IMG/VR virus record: IMGVR_UViG_3300049790_000014
Span: 1-48,130 of that record
Length of the DNA stretch: 48,130 bases
From: a virus
Taxonomy: Duplodnaviria > Caudoviricetes
Strand: one strand, 5' to 3'
The notes under the pieces are model-generated. The model made no database searches and was not told where the DNA came from. It saw nothing but the letters and a program-made list of their open reading frames with translations. Within the stretch, counting starts at the first letter, position 1. The number at the start of each line of letters is the position of its first letter. This document shows positions 7,643 through 16,778 of the stretch, piece by piece. The position numbers were made by a program, and so were the translations under genes.

Positions 7643-8613
7643 CCCTGCCCGTCATCATCGACTCAACCATGCTAGTGAGCTTCCGCTCCTGCCCCCGGCA
7701 GTTCTACAACACATTCGTCCTGAACAAGGCCAAGTACGACCGCAGTATCCACCTCACCGCCGGAGGCGCTTTCGCAGCCGGCCTCGAGGAATACCGCCTC
7801 GCCCACTTCGCCGACAGCGCTCCCAAAGACGTCTGCTACCAGCGCGCCATAGCTGCAGCCTGCGTGCGCTGGGGCGACGCCGACCCCCTGCCCCTCGACC
7901 CCGAGACCAAGGGCGAAACTTACGAGGCCAAGAACCTCCTCAACATCCTCTATGCCCTCGACCGCTACTTCCACACCTACCCGCCCGAGCTGGACCGGCT
8001 CCAGCCCATGCCCTCAACTATAGGAGGAAAAACCTCATTCGAACATAGCTTTGCAATCCCTCTCGACGACGACAAGTTCCCAGCGCACCCCATAGGCGAG
8101 CCCTTCGTCTACCACGGTCGCATGGACACCAGGGGCTTCTACGACCAATACCGCGTCTTCTCCGACGAGAAAACCACCAAGGCCCTGGGCAAGAAATGGT
8201 CCAACCAGTGGATGCTCCGCAACCAATTCATGGGCTACGCCTGGGCCATGCGCGAACTCGGCCAGCCCGAGCGCGCCTGTCTCGTGCGAGGCATCTGCAT
8301 TCAGAAGACTCAAATCCGCTTCGTGGACTGCCTCCAGCTCTACCCCGAGCACCTGCTCGACAGCTTCGAGGAATCCCTGGCCCACGATCTAACCCTCATG
8401 AGGCACTACCATGAAAACGACTTCTGGCCGCAAAGGTTCGGTGAGGCCTGCACCTCGTACGGCGGCTGCGACTTCCGCGAAACCTGCCTTGCCCGCCCAT
8501 CCCTCCAACCCTACGCCCTCGAAACATACGGCGCTCGTTCTTGGGACCCAGCCAGCCCCTACCAGCGCGCCCGAGTCCTCGAAGCCTGGAGCAACGCCCG
8601 TGAAGCCGCCTAA
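7630..8613 (+). CDS. PD-(D/E)XK exonuclease, Cas4/AddB-like with probable Fe-S staple
   Basis: SCPRQF, GRMD, DEKTT, QFMGY, and C-terminal CTSYGGCDFRETC. Confidence 0.85.
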   Translation: MADLALPVIIDSTMLVSFRSCPRQFYNTFVLNKAKYDRSIHLTAGGAFAAGLEEYRLAHFADSAPKDVCYQRAIAAACVRWGDADPLPLDPETKGETYEAKNLLNILYALDRYFHTYPPELDRLQPMPSTIGGKTSFEHSFAIPLDDDKFPAHPIGEPFVYHGRMDTRGFYDQYRVFSDEKTTKALGKKWSNQWMLRNQFMGYAWAMRELGQPERACLVRGICIQKTQIRFVDCLQLYPEHLLDSFEESLAHDLTLMRHYHENDFWPQRFGEACTSYGGCDFRETCLARPSLQPYALETYGARSWDPASPYQRARVLEAWSNAREAA

Positions 8614-8929
8614 AAAGACCTCCACCCTCGAGGAGAAGTTCGCCATGCGAGAGCTCATCAAGCAGCACTCGGCGGTCGACCCCTCCGACGGCGTGCGCTA
8701 CTTCGAGGACGGCTGGGACCACGACCGAATCGCAAAAACGGTCAACCCCGACTTCGGCACCAACCAATCGAAATCCGTAGCCGACATGCTTGGCGAGAAC
8801 ATATACACCCGCCACGCCCGTCGCACCGCGGTCCGCGACAACATAGCCATCGCGGTCCTCTCCGACCGCGTCACCCAACTCGAGGCCCTCGTCGAGCGCC
8901 TCTATCTCGACCTCGGAATACCCAAATGA
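8600..8929 (+). CDS. Hypothetical protein, possible HTH (YFEDGWDHDRIAK)
   Basis: GTG start after ggag; C-terminal coiled coil. Confidence 0.65.
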   Translation: MKPPKKTSTLEEKFAMRELIKQHSAVDPSDGVRYFEDGWDHDRIAKTVNPDFGTNQSKSVADMLGENIYTRHARRTAVRDNIAIAVLSDRVTQLEALVERLYLDLGIPK

Positions 8930-9201
8930 ACCGCAACGTAAACGTCAAGCACCCAAAGGGGGCCTCCTCCAAGATCGGCCCCAACCAGCACGCCCGCCTC
9001 GACGTCCACTACCGCGAAGCCCTCCACCATCTTCGCGCCATGGAGCGTATCATCGAGGAGACTTGCCCCAAGAGCTACGAAACCCTCCAGCGCCTCAACA
9101 ACGTGCGCAAGAAGTTCGAGACCACAATCCGGCGGGCGCTCCTCACCTCGGCGGAGTCCCACTTCACCGACCCATTCACCCTCTATCGGAACGACAAATA
9201 A
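8926..9201 (+). CDS. Hypothetical protein (91 aa)
   Basis: ATGA coupling. Confidence 0.7.
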   Translation: MNRNVNVKHPKGASSKIGPNQHARLDVHYREALHHLRAMERIIEETCPKSYETLQRLNNVRKKFETTIRRALLTSAESHFTDPFTLYRNDK

Positions 9202-9407
9202 TGAAGCGCTCAATCGCAATCCTCTATCGCTGCAGTGACGGCCAAACCTTCGACACCGAGGACGAAGCGCGCCGTCACCAAGACTGGCTCAACAGGGTCG
9301 ATGACGTCCAGAATTGGCTCGACCAATTCGACGTCGAGGACCAAGCCAAAATGATCCTCCACTACTGGCAGGTACTCAAAGACCTCGTCGAGGGCCACTC
9401 CCTATGA
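9201..9407 (+). CDS. Hypothetical protein (YRCSDGQTFDTEDEA motif)
   Basis: TAATG coupling; a motif common in small phage proteins. Confidence 0.7.
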   Translation: MKRSIAILYRCSDGQTFDTEDEARRHQDWLNRVDDVQNWLDQFDVEDQAKMILHYWQVLKDLVEGHSL

Positions 9408-9643
9408 CCGCGTCCCTCATCACCCTCGCCCAGTCGGCGTCCCTCTCGGACGCCCTCTGGCTCTGCCTCCTCGGCGCGACCATAATGGGCCTGGCCGTGG
9501 TCGCAGGAGTATTCGTATCCTACCTCCGCGCCCGCAAGGCCCACGCTCCTAACCCCAACCAGCACATCTACATCGAGGCCGAACGCCAGTCCCGCATGAT
9601 CTGGGAGGGCCGGCCTGAGCACCACAGAAAGCGCCCCAAATGA
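9404..9643 (+). CDS. Membrane protein
   Basis: One TM segment; ATGA coupling. Confidence 0.65.
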   Translation: MTASLITLAQSASLSDALWLCLLGATIMGLAVVAGVFVSYLRARKAHAPNPNQHIYIEAERQSRMIWEGRPEHHRKRPK

Positions 9644-9843
9644 CTTTCCACAAGACCCAAACCCACGACGACGGCACCCTCACCGGCTACGCCACCTGTG
9701 ACCAGCGCGGTTGCAAGGAGACCATCGACATCCATAAAGCCGCCCCCGAGGACATCGGCCGAGCAATCCGCTCCCACGGCTGGCGGACCAAAAAAGTATA
9801 CAACTCCCACAACCATTGGTGCAAGGACCACTGGAGGCTCTAA
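9640..9843 (+). CDS. Small Cys/His protein (67 aa)
   Basis: CDQRGC...HWCKDH; coupled. Confidence 0.7.
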   Translation: MTFHKTQTHDDGTLTGYATCDQRGCKETIDIHKAAPEDIGRAIRSHGWRTKKVYNSHNHWCKDHWRL

Positions 9844-10229
9844 TGTCAATATCCCTCTCTGCCGAACTCTGCTACGAGGAGTGGAAGCGTTGCATTCAGG
9901 GCTCCGGCCCCTCATTCAACCGCCTTCCTCCGCAACTCAAATGGGCCTGGGAGCGCATCGCCCTGATCGCCAACGTAAGCGCCCATGCCGGCAAGAACCT
10001 CCCCCTTGCCCTCGCCAATTCCCGGCGCGGTCACCCATACGCGGCCCGCTGGGAGAACGACTCCGACATCGGCCGCGACATCCGCGTCGCGTGGCCAACC
10101 GGAGAGCACGGCAACTGGTCCATCCTCGACCTATACCCGGATGGAATGGTCGCCATCATCACCACCGACGAGTCACCGTGCGAGATCTTCCCGCACCCCT
10201 ACATCTACAAGGCCGACCTCTATGACTGA
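9843..10229 (+). CDS. Hypothetical protein
   Basis: ggagg SD, TAATG coupling. Confidence 0.75.
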   Translation: MSISLSAELCYEEWKRCIQGSGPSFNRLPPQLKWAWERIALIANVSAHAGKNLPLALANSRRGHPYAARWENDSDIGRDIRVAWPTGEHGNWSILDLYPDGMVAIITTDESPCEIFPHPYIYKADLYD

Positions 10230-10533
10230 CTACGACCGCAGAGCCCTCGAGACCCGCATGGCACAATGTGCTCGCCTGCGCGAAAGCGGCTTCCGCTTCC
10301 CGCTCGCAATAAAAAAGATGTGCTCCCCTCGGCCCGAGGACTTTGCGGCCGCCCACCCTCGCATCGACCACGCACGCGTAACCTGGCAAGTCCACGTGAC
10401 CTGGTTTTTCGCGCGCAACGTTGACCGCGAGGTCTTCATGAGCTGGATCGGCTACGACCCCGACCGGCACCACCCCGCCAACCTGATAGTCCTCGAGGAC
10501 TACGAATACCGAAAGGAGAATCCAAATGGCTAA
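10222..10533 (+). CDS. Hypothetical protein (MTDYDRRA...)
   Basis: 8-bp overlap; codon bias. Confidence 0.7.
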   Translation: MTDYDRRALETRMAQCARLRESGFRFPLAIKKMCSPRPEDFAAAHPRIDHARVTWQVHVTWFFARNVDREVFMSWIGYDPDRHHPANLIVLEDYEYRKENPNG

Positions 10534-10771
10534 ACAAAAGCGCCGCGTTATTCTGGAGCTCATCCTCCAGCCCGACTCCGACGGCCGCGTGCCCGAGGGC
10601 AAAGACCTCGCTCGCATGATCGAGCGGCGCCTCATGCGCCAGATCACCCTCACCGGCCCCGCCGAGCACGACATCATATCCTCCCGCGAGCCAATCATCA
10701 GCGCCCGCGCGATGGACTACGACAAAGTCATCAACGGCATCTATCATTCCCTCCAGGAGAACCCGAAATGA
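10526..10771 (+). CDS. Hypothetical protein (81 aa)
   Basis: aaggag SD. Confidence 0.75.
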   Translation: MAKQKRRVILELILQPDSDGRVPEGKDLARMIERRLMRQITLTGPAEHDIISSREPIISARAMDYDKVINGIYHSLQENPK

Positions 10772-11445
10772 AAGCGCCAACCTCCCAGATCTTCGAGATC
10801 AGTGACGATCTCACCTGCCGCCTCGACCACAAGAACGACATGGTGACCCTAACCACCAGCGCGCACATGCTCGGCGAGTCAGCCCACTCCATCCTCATGA
10901 GCTTCGCCAACTTCATCGAGCTCGGCGCCATCGCGGCCAACCTCGCACGCCCTCCTATCGGCACCACGAGCGCCGGCATCTACCGCGATCCCCCTCCAGC
11001 CCCGAAGGCTCCCCCGCCACCCGAGGGCGTGGACATATTTCCCGACATGGACTCGATCGACACCGCCACCCTCGGCATGCTCATTGTGTTCGACCAGTCC
11101 CCTGACGGTCGCAGGTTCTACGTGGGCCACAGCGCTCACGGCGCCGCAACCCGCTGCGACAAGCCCGTGACCGCCGCGCGCCTCTTCGACAATGCCGAAA
11201 CCGCGGCCGCCATCGCGCGCGCTCTCGGCGCCAGTGTGGGCAAGTTCACCGACCACGCCTTCTACCGCATCATGCTCCGGAGCCCCACGGGCAAGCTCCA
11301 GTTCTGGTCCGGCGAGAACTCCGAGCCCGTCGACCACGTTGACAAAGCCGGCATGGTCCAGTGCCGCTCCAACGCCTACATCATGATGACGCGCTACCGC
11401 GAGGAGCCCGGCACCATCAAGTACCTCCTCCCTCTCACATCCTAG
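10768..11445 (+). CDS. Hypothetical protein (225 aa)
   Basis: aggag SD, ATGA coupling. Confidence 0.8.
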   Translation: MKAPTSQIFEISDDLTCRLDHKNDMVTLTTSAHMLGESAHSILMSFANFIELGAIAANLARPPIGTTSAGIYRDPPPAPKAPPPPEGVDIFPDMDSIDTATLGMLIVFDQSPDGRRFYVGHSAHGAATRCDKPVTAARLFDNAETAAAIARALGASVGKFTDHAFYRIMLRSPTGKLQFWSGENSEPVDHVDKAGMVQCRSNAYIMMTRYREEPGTIKYLLPLTS

Positions 11446-11453
11446 GAGCCCCC

Positions 11454-12377
11454 ATGAACGCAGCAGCAAAAACCCCTCTCGCGGGCCAGCCCTACAAACG
11501 CCCGCAGTTCGCCGTAACGCCCCCCGCTATCGAGCTCACCGGCGATAGCGGCGCGGGCAAGAGCAGCTCCATCATCACCCTGCTCAAAGCCGGCCTCGAC
11601 GTCCGCGTCCTCATCACCGAGGGCCGGGGCGCCGAGGCCCTAGTCGACGCCTTCGAGCGCGCCTGGAACAAGGACAAAACCCTCGACTTCTCGCGCCTCC
11701 ACTGGAAGCAGGTCCTCCCCTCCAACGTGGACCTTGCCGCGCTGAAAATCAAAGCCGGCCTCTCCAACTCCATGGGCGCGGGCGAGCTTCAGAAACTCGA
11801 GGACGGCCTCGAGCGCCGCAAGTACCCCCAGTTCATGAACCTCCTTCGCGCGATGGAGTCCTTCGAGGACGAGAACACCGGCCGGAACCTCGGCAACGTT
11901 GCCACCTGGGACGATAACGTCGCGTTCGTGATCGACTCGCAAACCGGCATCAATACGATGATCGCACAGCACGTCTGCGGCCATCGCCCGACCATGACCC
12001 AGCCCGAGTTCGGCATCGCCCAGAACCACGCCATGGACCTCATCAATATGTGGACGTCCTTGTCGTGCTTCTTCGTGGTCACCGGCCACATGGAGAAGGA
12101 GATCAACCCCAACACCGGCGTGGAGAAACTCACAATCGCCCTCATCGGCAAGGCCATCTCCCACCGCTACCACATCCCCTTCTCCGAGGCCCTCGTAGCC
12201 TACCGCACCGACAAGTACGAGTACTTCTGGTCCAACACCGACACCCGCGCTGTGACCAAGGCTCGCTACCTACCCCGCTCGCACACCCTGGCGCCGGACT
12301 TCGGCCCGATCGTCAAGGGCTACCGCGACCGCAAGCACGCTGTAACCAAGGAGGTGAACGCCCCAACAAGCGCCTAG
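11454..12377 (+). CDS. Sak4-like P-loop ATPase / recombinase (AAA_24-type)
   Basis: Walker A GDSGAGKS, Walker B FVIDS, VVTGH strand; aggag SD before the ATG at 11454; upstream of an SSB-like gene. Confidence 0.8.
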   Translation: MNAAAKTPLAGQPYKRPQFAVTPPAIELTGDSGAGKSSSIITLLKAGLDVRVLITEGRGAEALVDAFERAWNKDKTLDFSRLHWKQVLPSNVDLAALKIKAGLSNSMGAGELQKLEDGLERRKYPQFMNLLRAMESFEDENTGRNLGNVATWDDNVAFVIDSQTGINTMIAQHVCGHRPTMTQPEFGIAQNHAMDLINMWTSLSCFFVVTGHMEKEINPNTGVEKLTIALIGKAISHRYHIPFSEALVAYRTDKYEYFWSNTDTRAVTKARYLPRSHTLAPDFGPIVKGYRDRKHAVTKEVNAPTSA

Positions 12378-12416
12378 CCTACTGTACCATCCAACGCTCA
12401 ACAACAGGAGTACCTT

Positions 12417-12962
12417 ATGAGCGAACGTGAAAGCATGAATCTCGTCCTCGAGAACTTCGACGCCGATGCCTTCCTCCACATCGAGTACGACCGCGCGACC
12501 GAGACCGCCCGCACCCTCCTACCCCCGGGCTGGGTCAAGATCAAGATCAAAAACTTCTCCATCGAGAAGCCCAAACTGGTCGACTCCAAGAAGGAGCCCG
12601 GCGTCAAGAACTGGACGTCTCCACAGCTCAAACTCGAATGCCTCGTTATGGACGAGGGCCTGCGCGAGCAGCTCAACATCCCCGAGGGCCAGGAGATGAA
12701 GTGCTACCCGCGCGTCTATCTCGACCTCGACCCCTCAACCGGCGCCCTCGACATGGGACCGAACCGCAACATCATGCTGGGCCAGCTCCGCGCCGCCCTC
12801 GGCCAGAACGAGCCGGGCGTCCACTGGAACCTCGGCATGCTGCGCGACTCGGGCGAGTTCAATACGTTCGTGACGATCGACGTCCCGGACGAGAACAAGC
12901 CGGACCAGAAGTACGAGCGCTACGGCAAGTTCGCCAAGGAGCCCGAGCAAAAGGCGGCCTAA
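12417..12962 (+). CDS. Probable single-stranded DNA-binding protein (DUF669-like)
   Basis: LLPPGW beta-rich fold pattern; synteny after Sak4; aggag SD. Confidence 0.6.
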   Translation: MSERESMNLVLENFDADAFLHIEYDRATETARTLLPPGWVKIKIKNFSIEKPKLVDSKKEPGVKNWTSPQLKLECLVMDEGLREQLNIPEGQEMKCYPRVYLDLDPSTGALDMGPNRNIMLGQLRAALGQNEPGVHWNLGMLRDSGEFNTFVTIDVPDENKPDQKYERYGKFAKEPEQKAA

Positions 12963-12980
12963 CCTTCCGCCTCGCATACC

Positions 12981-13005
12981 GGGGGAGCACATCGCTCCCC
13001 CTTCT
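12981..13005 (+). terminator. Hairpin, probable weak terminator after the SSB gene
   Basis: GGGGGAGC-acatc-GCTCCCCC-ttct. Confidence 0.55.
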
Positions 13006-13027
13006 CACGTCCACCCTGGAGTAACCC

Positions 13028-14359
13028 ATGCAACTTATCTCTCGCGACGACATCAAATGCGGCGAGCGCGTCCGCACCCCAAAGCCCGAGGACATTGCCG
13101 CCCTCGCCAACGACATCGAAGAGAAGGGCCTCTTCCACCCCATCGTCATCACCTCGCTCGAGGACCCCTGGCTGGTCGCCGGCGAGACCCGCATCCTCGC
13201 GATCGACCTGATCGCCGAGCGCGCGATCGACAACGGCGAGGACCCGATCTACCGCCACAACATGACCATCCTCCTCTGCGACCAGATCCCCTACGTGACC
13301 GTGGGCCAGCTCACCGCGCGCCAGATGGTCGAGTATGAGATCGCCGAGAACCTCATCCGCACGGAGATCCCCTGGCAGGACAAGGCCCGCGCCCTCGCCA
13401 AGCTCCACGCCATGCAAGAGGACTCCCGCGCGACCACAACCGCCCGCATGCTCGTCGCTGCCGGCGACAAGCGCGACGTCAATACGGTTTCCATTGAGAT
13501 AAACCGCGCAGCTATTGTAGCCGACAACCTCGACAACCCCGCCGTTGCCGGAGCCAAGTCTCTCAAAGAGGCCTTCAACGTCATCCGCAAAGACGTAACC
13601 GCCATGAGCTCTCGCGTCCTCGGCGCCAGCGCCCCGGACCCAACCGAGACCCCCCACACATTCTTCCGCGACTCAATGCAGAACGTCTTTAAGGACCCCT
13701 GGCCCGCCTCTCGCCCGGTCGACACCATCATCGCCGACCCGCCCTACGGCGTCGAGGCCGACTCGTGGACGACCAAGTTCCGCGACACCCCGCACAACTA
13801 CCGCGACGATCTGAACAAGGCCCTTGCCGACGCCGACACTATCTTCCGCGAGGGCTTGAGGATCACGGCCGAACGTGCTAACCTATTCATGTTCTGCGCT
13901 CCTCAACACTGGTTGCGCCTAGCTGAGCTCGCGATAGCGGCTGGCTGGAACATCTGGCCTCGCCCTGTCATCTGGTATAAGTCTCGCGAAGGTATAAGGC
14001 CCCAAGGTATGCAAGGCTTCTGCTACACCTACGAGACAATCCTCCAGGCCACCAAGGGCGGCAAGGGCCTAATCCGCAGCATCAACGACGTCATCGAGTG
14101 CTACAAGGTCAGCCGTCACGGCCGCCTCCACGGCGCCCAGAAGCCCGTTGACATCTACCGCATCCTGATCGAGTGCTCCTCCCTACCTGGCGACACCATC
14201 CTTGATCCCACCTGCGGCAGCGGGACTATTTTTCCCGCTTGCAACATAACCAAGACCATCGGCATCGGCATCGAGCAGAACTCCGAGCTCTGGCCCGTCA
14301 TCGAGGCGCGCCTGCTCGAGGGCCTCGGCGAGTCCAGCAGTGACCTGGAGGACCTATGA
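13028..14359 (+). CDS. ParB/Srx-domain fused DNA N6-adenine/N4-cytosine methyltransferase (beta class)
   Basis: N-terminal GLFHPIVI..LVAGETR..ENLIR (ParB); IIADPPY (motif IV), HGAQKP and ILDPTCGSGT (motif I). Confidence 0.9.
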   Translation: MQLISRDDIKCGERVRTPKPEDIAALANDIEEKGLFHPIVITSLEDPWLVAGETRILAIDLIAERAIDNGEDPIYRHNMTILLCDQIPYVTVGQLTARQMVEYEIAENLIRTEIPWQDKARALAKLHAMQEDSRATTTARMLVAAGDKRDVNTVSIEINRAAIVADNLDNPAVAGAKSLKEAFNVIRKDVTAMSSRVLGASAPDPTETPHTFFRDSMQNVFKDPWPASRPVDTIIADPPYGVEADSWTTKFRDTPHNYRDDLNKALADADTIFREGLRITAERANLFMFCAPQHWLRLAELAIAAGWNIWPRPVIWYKSREGIRPQGMQGFCYTYETILQATKGGKGLIRSINDVIECYKVSRHGRLHGAQKPVDIYRILIECSSLPGDTILDPTCGSGTIFPACNITKTIGIGIEQNSELWPVIEARLLEGLGESSSDLEDL

Positions 14360-16125
14360 TCGGCGCTTTCCAGGGAACTCGAGGGCCGCGCGACGCCCAG
14401 ATCATGGTCGTGGGCGAGGCATGGGGCGCTAACGAGGCCCAGCAGCACCAGCCTTTTGTCGGCGAGAGCGGCAAGGAACTCTCGCGCATGCTAAAGGAGG
14501 CGGGCATCGACGAGAGCGCGTGCTTCTTCACCAACGTGGTCAACGCCCGGCCCGACAACAACGACTTCACCAAGTTCCTCATCCCCAATGAGCTTGCGAA
14601 GAAGAACAAGGCCGGCGCCGTCAAGCGCGTGTTCCCCAACAACCAACTCCACCAGGGCCTCGAGGCCCTTCACGCCGAGATAGCGACCATCCGCCCCCGC
14701 ATGATCCTCGCCCTCGGCAACTGGCCCCTCTGGGCGCTGACCCCCCACGCCAACGTCGCGACCAAGAAGGGCTACCGCGTCCCGGCCGGTATCGACTCCT
14801 GGCGGGGGAGCCAGCTCTGGTACGACGACGGCGGACTAAACACCCCATCCATCCCCCTCCTACCCACCTACCACCCCGCCGGCGTCCTGCGCAACTGGCC
14901 CTGGCGCCACCTCGCAGTGCACGACTTCCGCCGCGCGGCCAAACACCTCGCCGGCGCCAAGCCCTGGACCGACGACCGCGTGCTCGACTGGAACCTCTCC
15001 CCCGGCGTCTACGACGTCCGCCGCTGGGTCGACCGCTTCCTCTCCTGGCCCGACAAGACCCTCGAACTTGTCCTCGACCTCGAGACCTACGCGGGCAAGA
15101 TCCACATCCTCGGCCTGCGCGACAAGAACTCCTGCCTCGTTGTCCCGTTCATGCACGTCAACAAGGCCGGCACGCAGCCCTTCTATTCTCGCAACGACTT
15201 CATCTCCATCTACTCCAACCTGCGCCGGCTCCTCACCGACCCGCGCGTCCACCTCGTCGGGCAGAACCTCATCTACGACGCCCAATACCTCGAGCGCTAT
15301 TTCTGCTACACCCCGAAGATATCCTTCGACACAATGGTCGCGCAATACATCTGCTTCCCGGCAGAGCGCAAGGGCCTCGACTTCATATCCTCCATCTACT
15401 GCCGCTACTACCGCTACTGGAAGGAGGAGCGCAAGGAGAGCCTCGACAACGAGTCCACCGAGGACGGCTGCCACTATAACGCCCTCGACCTCGAGTACAC
15501 CTACGAGAACTGGAAGGTCCTCAAGCAACTCCTCGCCCATTTCAAGAAGACCCACCTCTTCGAGGACCGGGTCGAGCTCATGCACATCCTCCTCGACATG
15601 ATGCGGCACGGGGTCCTCGTCGACCTCAAACGCAAAACCTCCATGCGCGACGAGCTCGAGTTCGAAATGGGCGCTCTTGCGGCCTGGCTCGAGGGCGCCA
15701 TTCCCGACAACCTCAAGCCCCCGATAACCAAGACCTCAAAGAGTCCCTGGTACGACTCCGTGACCAAGCAGAAGCACCTCTTCTACACGACCCTCAAGCT
15801 CCGGCCTGTGTTCGACCGTAAGACCGGCAAGCCCACCCTCAACAAGGAGGCATTCGAAACCCTAATAGAACTCTACCCCCACTTCACCGCCCTATTCGGA
15901 GCCCTGACTATCCGGCGCTCTATGCGCACGATCAAGAACAACGTGCTCGCCAAACGCACCGGCCCTGACGGTCGCATACGGTGCGCCTATGGCCCTGCAG
16001 CCACCGCCAGTATGCGCCTCAACTCTACCGAGGACGTGTTCGGCGACGGCTGCAACCTCCAGAATATCGTCCGCGACCGCGACACTGACATCACCCTATT
16101 CAACGCAGTGGAGGAACTAGCATGA
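14356..16125 (+). CDS. DNA polymerase family A, N-terminal subunit: UDG-like domain + 3'-5' exonuclease + thumb
   Basis: VVGEAWG, PFVGESG, TYHPAGVLR (family-4 UDG); LDLET, NLIYD, YNALD (Exo I-III); GRIR..T.SMRLNS..NLQNI; lacks motifs A-C. Confidence 0.9.
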   Translation: MIGAFQGTRGPRDAQIMVVGEAWGANEAQQHQPFVGESGKELSRMLKEAGIDESACFFTNVVNARPDNNDFTKFLIPNELAKKNKAGAVKRVFPNNQLHQGLEALHAEIATIRPRMILALGNWPLWALTPHANVATKKGYRVPAGIDSWRGSQLWYDDGGLNTPSIPLLPTYHPAGVLRNWPWRHLAVHDFRRAAKHLAGAKPWTDDRVLDWNLSPGVYDVRRWVDRFLSWPDKTLELVLDLETYAGKIHILGLRDKNSCLVVPFMHVNKAGTQPFYSRNDFISIYSNLRRLLTDPRVHLVGQNLIYDAQYLERYFCYTPKISFDTMVAQYICFPAERKGLDFISSIYCRYYRYWKEERKESLDNESTEDGCHYNALDLEYTYENWKVLKQLLAHFKKTHLFEDRVELMHILLDMMRHGVLVDLKRKTSMRDELEFEMGALAAWLEGAIPDNLKPPITKTSKSPWYDSVTKQKHLFYTTLKLRPVFDRKTGKPTLNKEAFETLIELYPHFTALFGALTIRRSMRTIKNNVLAKRTGPDGRIRCAYGPAATASMRLNSTEDVFGDGCNLQNIVRDRDTDITLFNAVEELA

Positions 16126-16778
16126 ACGACTATATCGGCCCCGACCACAACTATTGGATCCAGTGCAGTAAAGGAACCGTCTTCGATTTCACCAGCGAGG
16201 ACCCCGTCGCCCAAACCGGCGTCAACCTCGAGAGTATGGCGCTATCCCTCTCGCGCACCCCACGCTTCCGCGGTCATACAAACCATTTCTACTCCGTCGC
16301 CGACCACTCCATGCACGTGACCTACATCGTCCGCAAGATGTTCGAGCACGAGCCCTCAGCCGGTGTGCGCTACTCCTCCCGTATCGAGCTCCTCGCCCTG
16401 GTCCACGACCTACACGAGGCCTTCGTTGGCGACGTGCCCACCCCGCTCGCCAACTACCTCCGCGACTTCTACCGCTTCGACCTGAACAAGCTCAAGCGCG
16501 CAGTCCAGGCCGACATCCTCCACGTGCTCGGCATCATGCCGCCTACCCCGCCCGAAGAGGACTTCATCAGCCTCGCGGACTCCTACGCCCTCGCCCGCGA
16601 GCGCAACCTCTTCATGGAGTCGAACCTCAAATGGTGGTCCGATCGCCTAAAGATCCCCTCCTACCTCGACCGGCCCATCGACCCTAACCTCTCCATGCGC
16701 GACAGCTATCGCGTTTTCATGGCCGCCCTCAAGTCCTCCCTAACCGTGGAGAAGGTCCGTGTCGCATCCGCGTCCTAG
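16122..16778 (+). CDS. HD-domain phosphohydrolase (YfbR/YfdR-like 5'-deoxynucleotidase)
   Basis: RFRGH..YSVADHS; LVHDLHEAFVGDVPTPL; ADSYAL. Confidence 0.9.
   Translation: MNDYIGPDHNYWIQCSKGTVFDFTSEDPVAQTGVNLESMALSLSRTPRFRGHTNHFYSVADHSMHVTYIVRKMFEHEPSAGVRYSSRIELLALVHDLHEAFVGDVPTPLANYLRDFYRFDLNKLKRAVQADILHVLGIMPPTPPEEDFISLADSYALARERNLFMESNLKWWSDRLKIPSYLDRPIDPNLSMRDSYRVFMAALKSSLTVEKVRVASAS

Noticed and set aside
7630-8613. CRISPR Cas4
   Set aside because: Solo Cas4-like nucleases are common phage recombination exonucleases; no array or cas1/cas2 is present.
16122-16778. Z-genome (2-aminoadenine) system
   Set aside because: No PurZ/adenylosuccinate-synthetase-like ORF is visible; an HD gene alone is insufficient.
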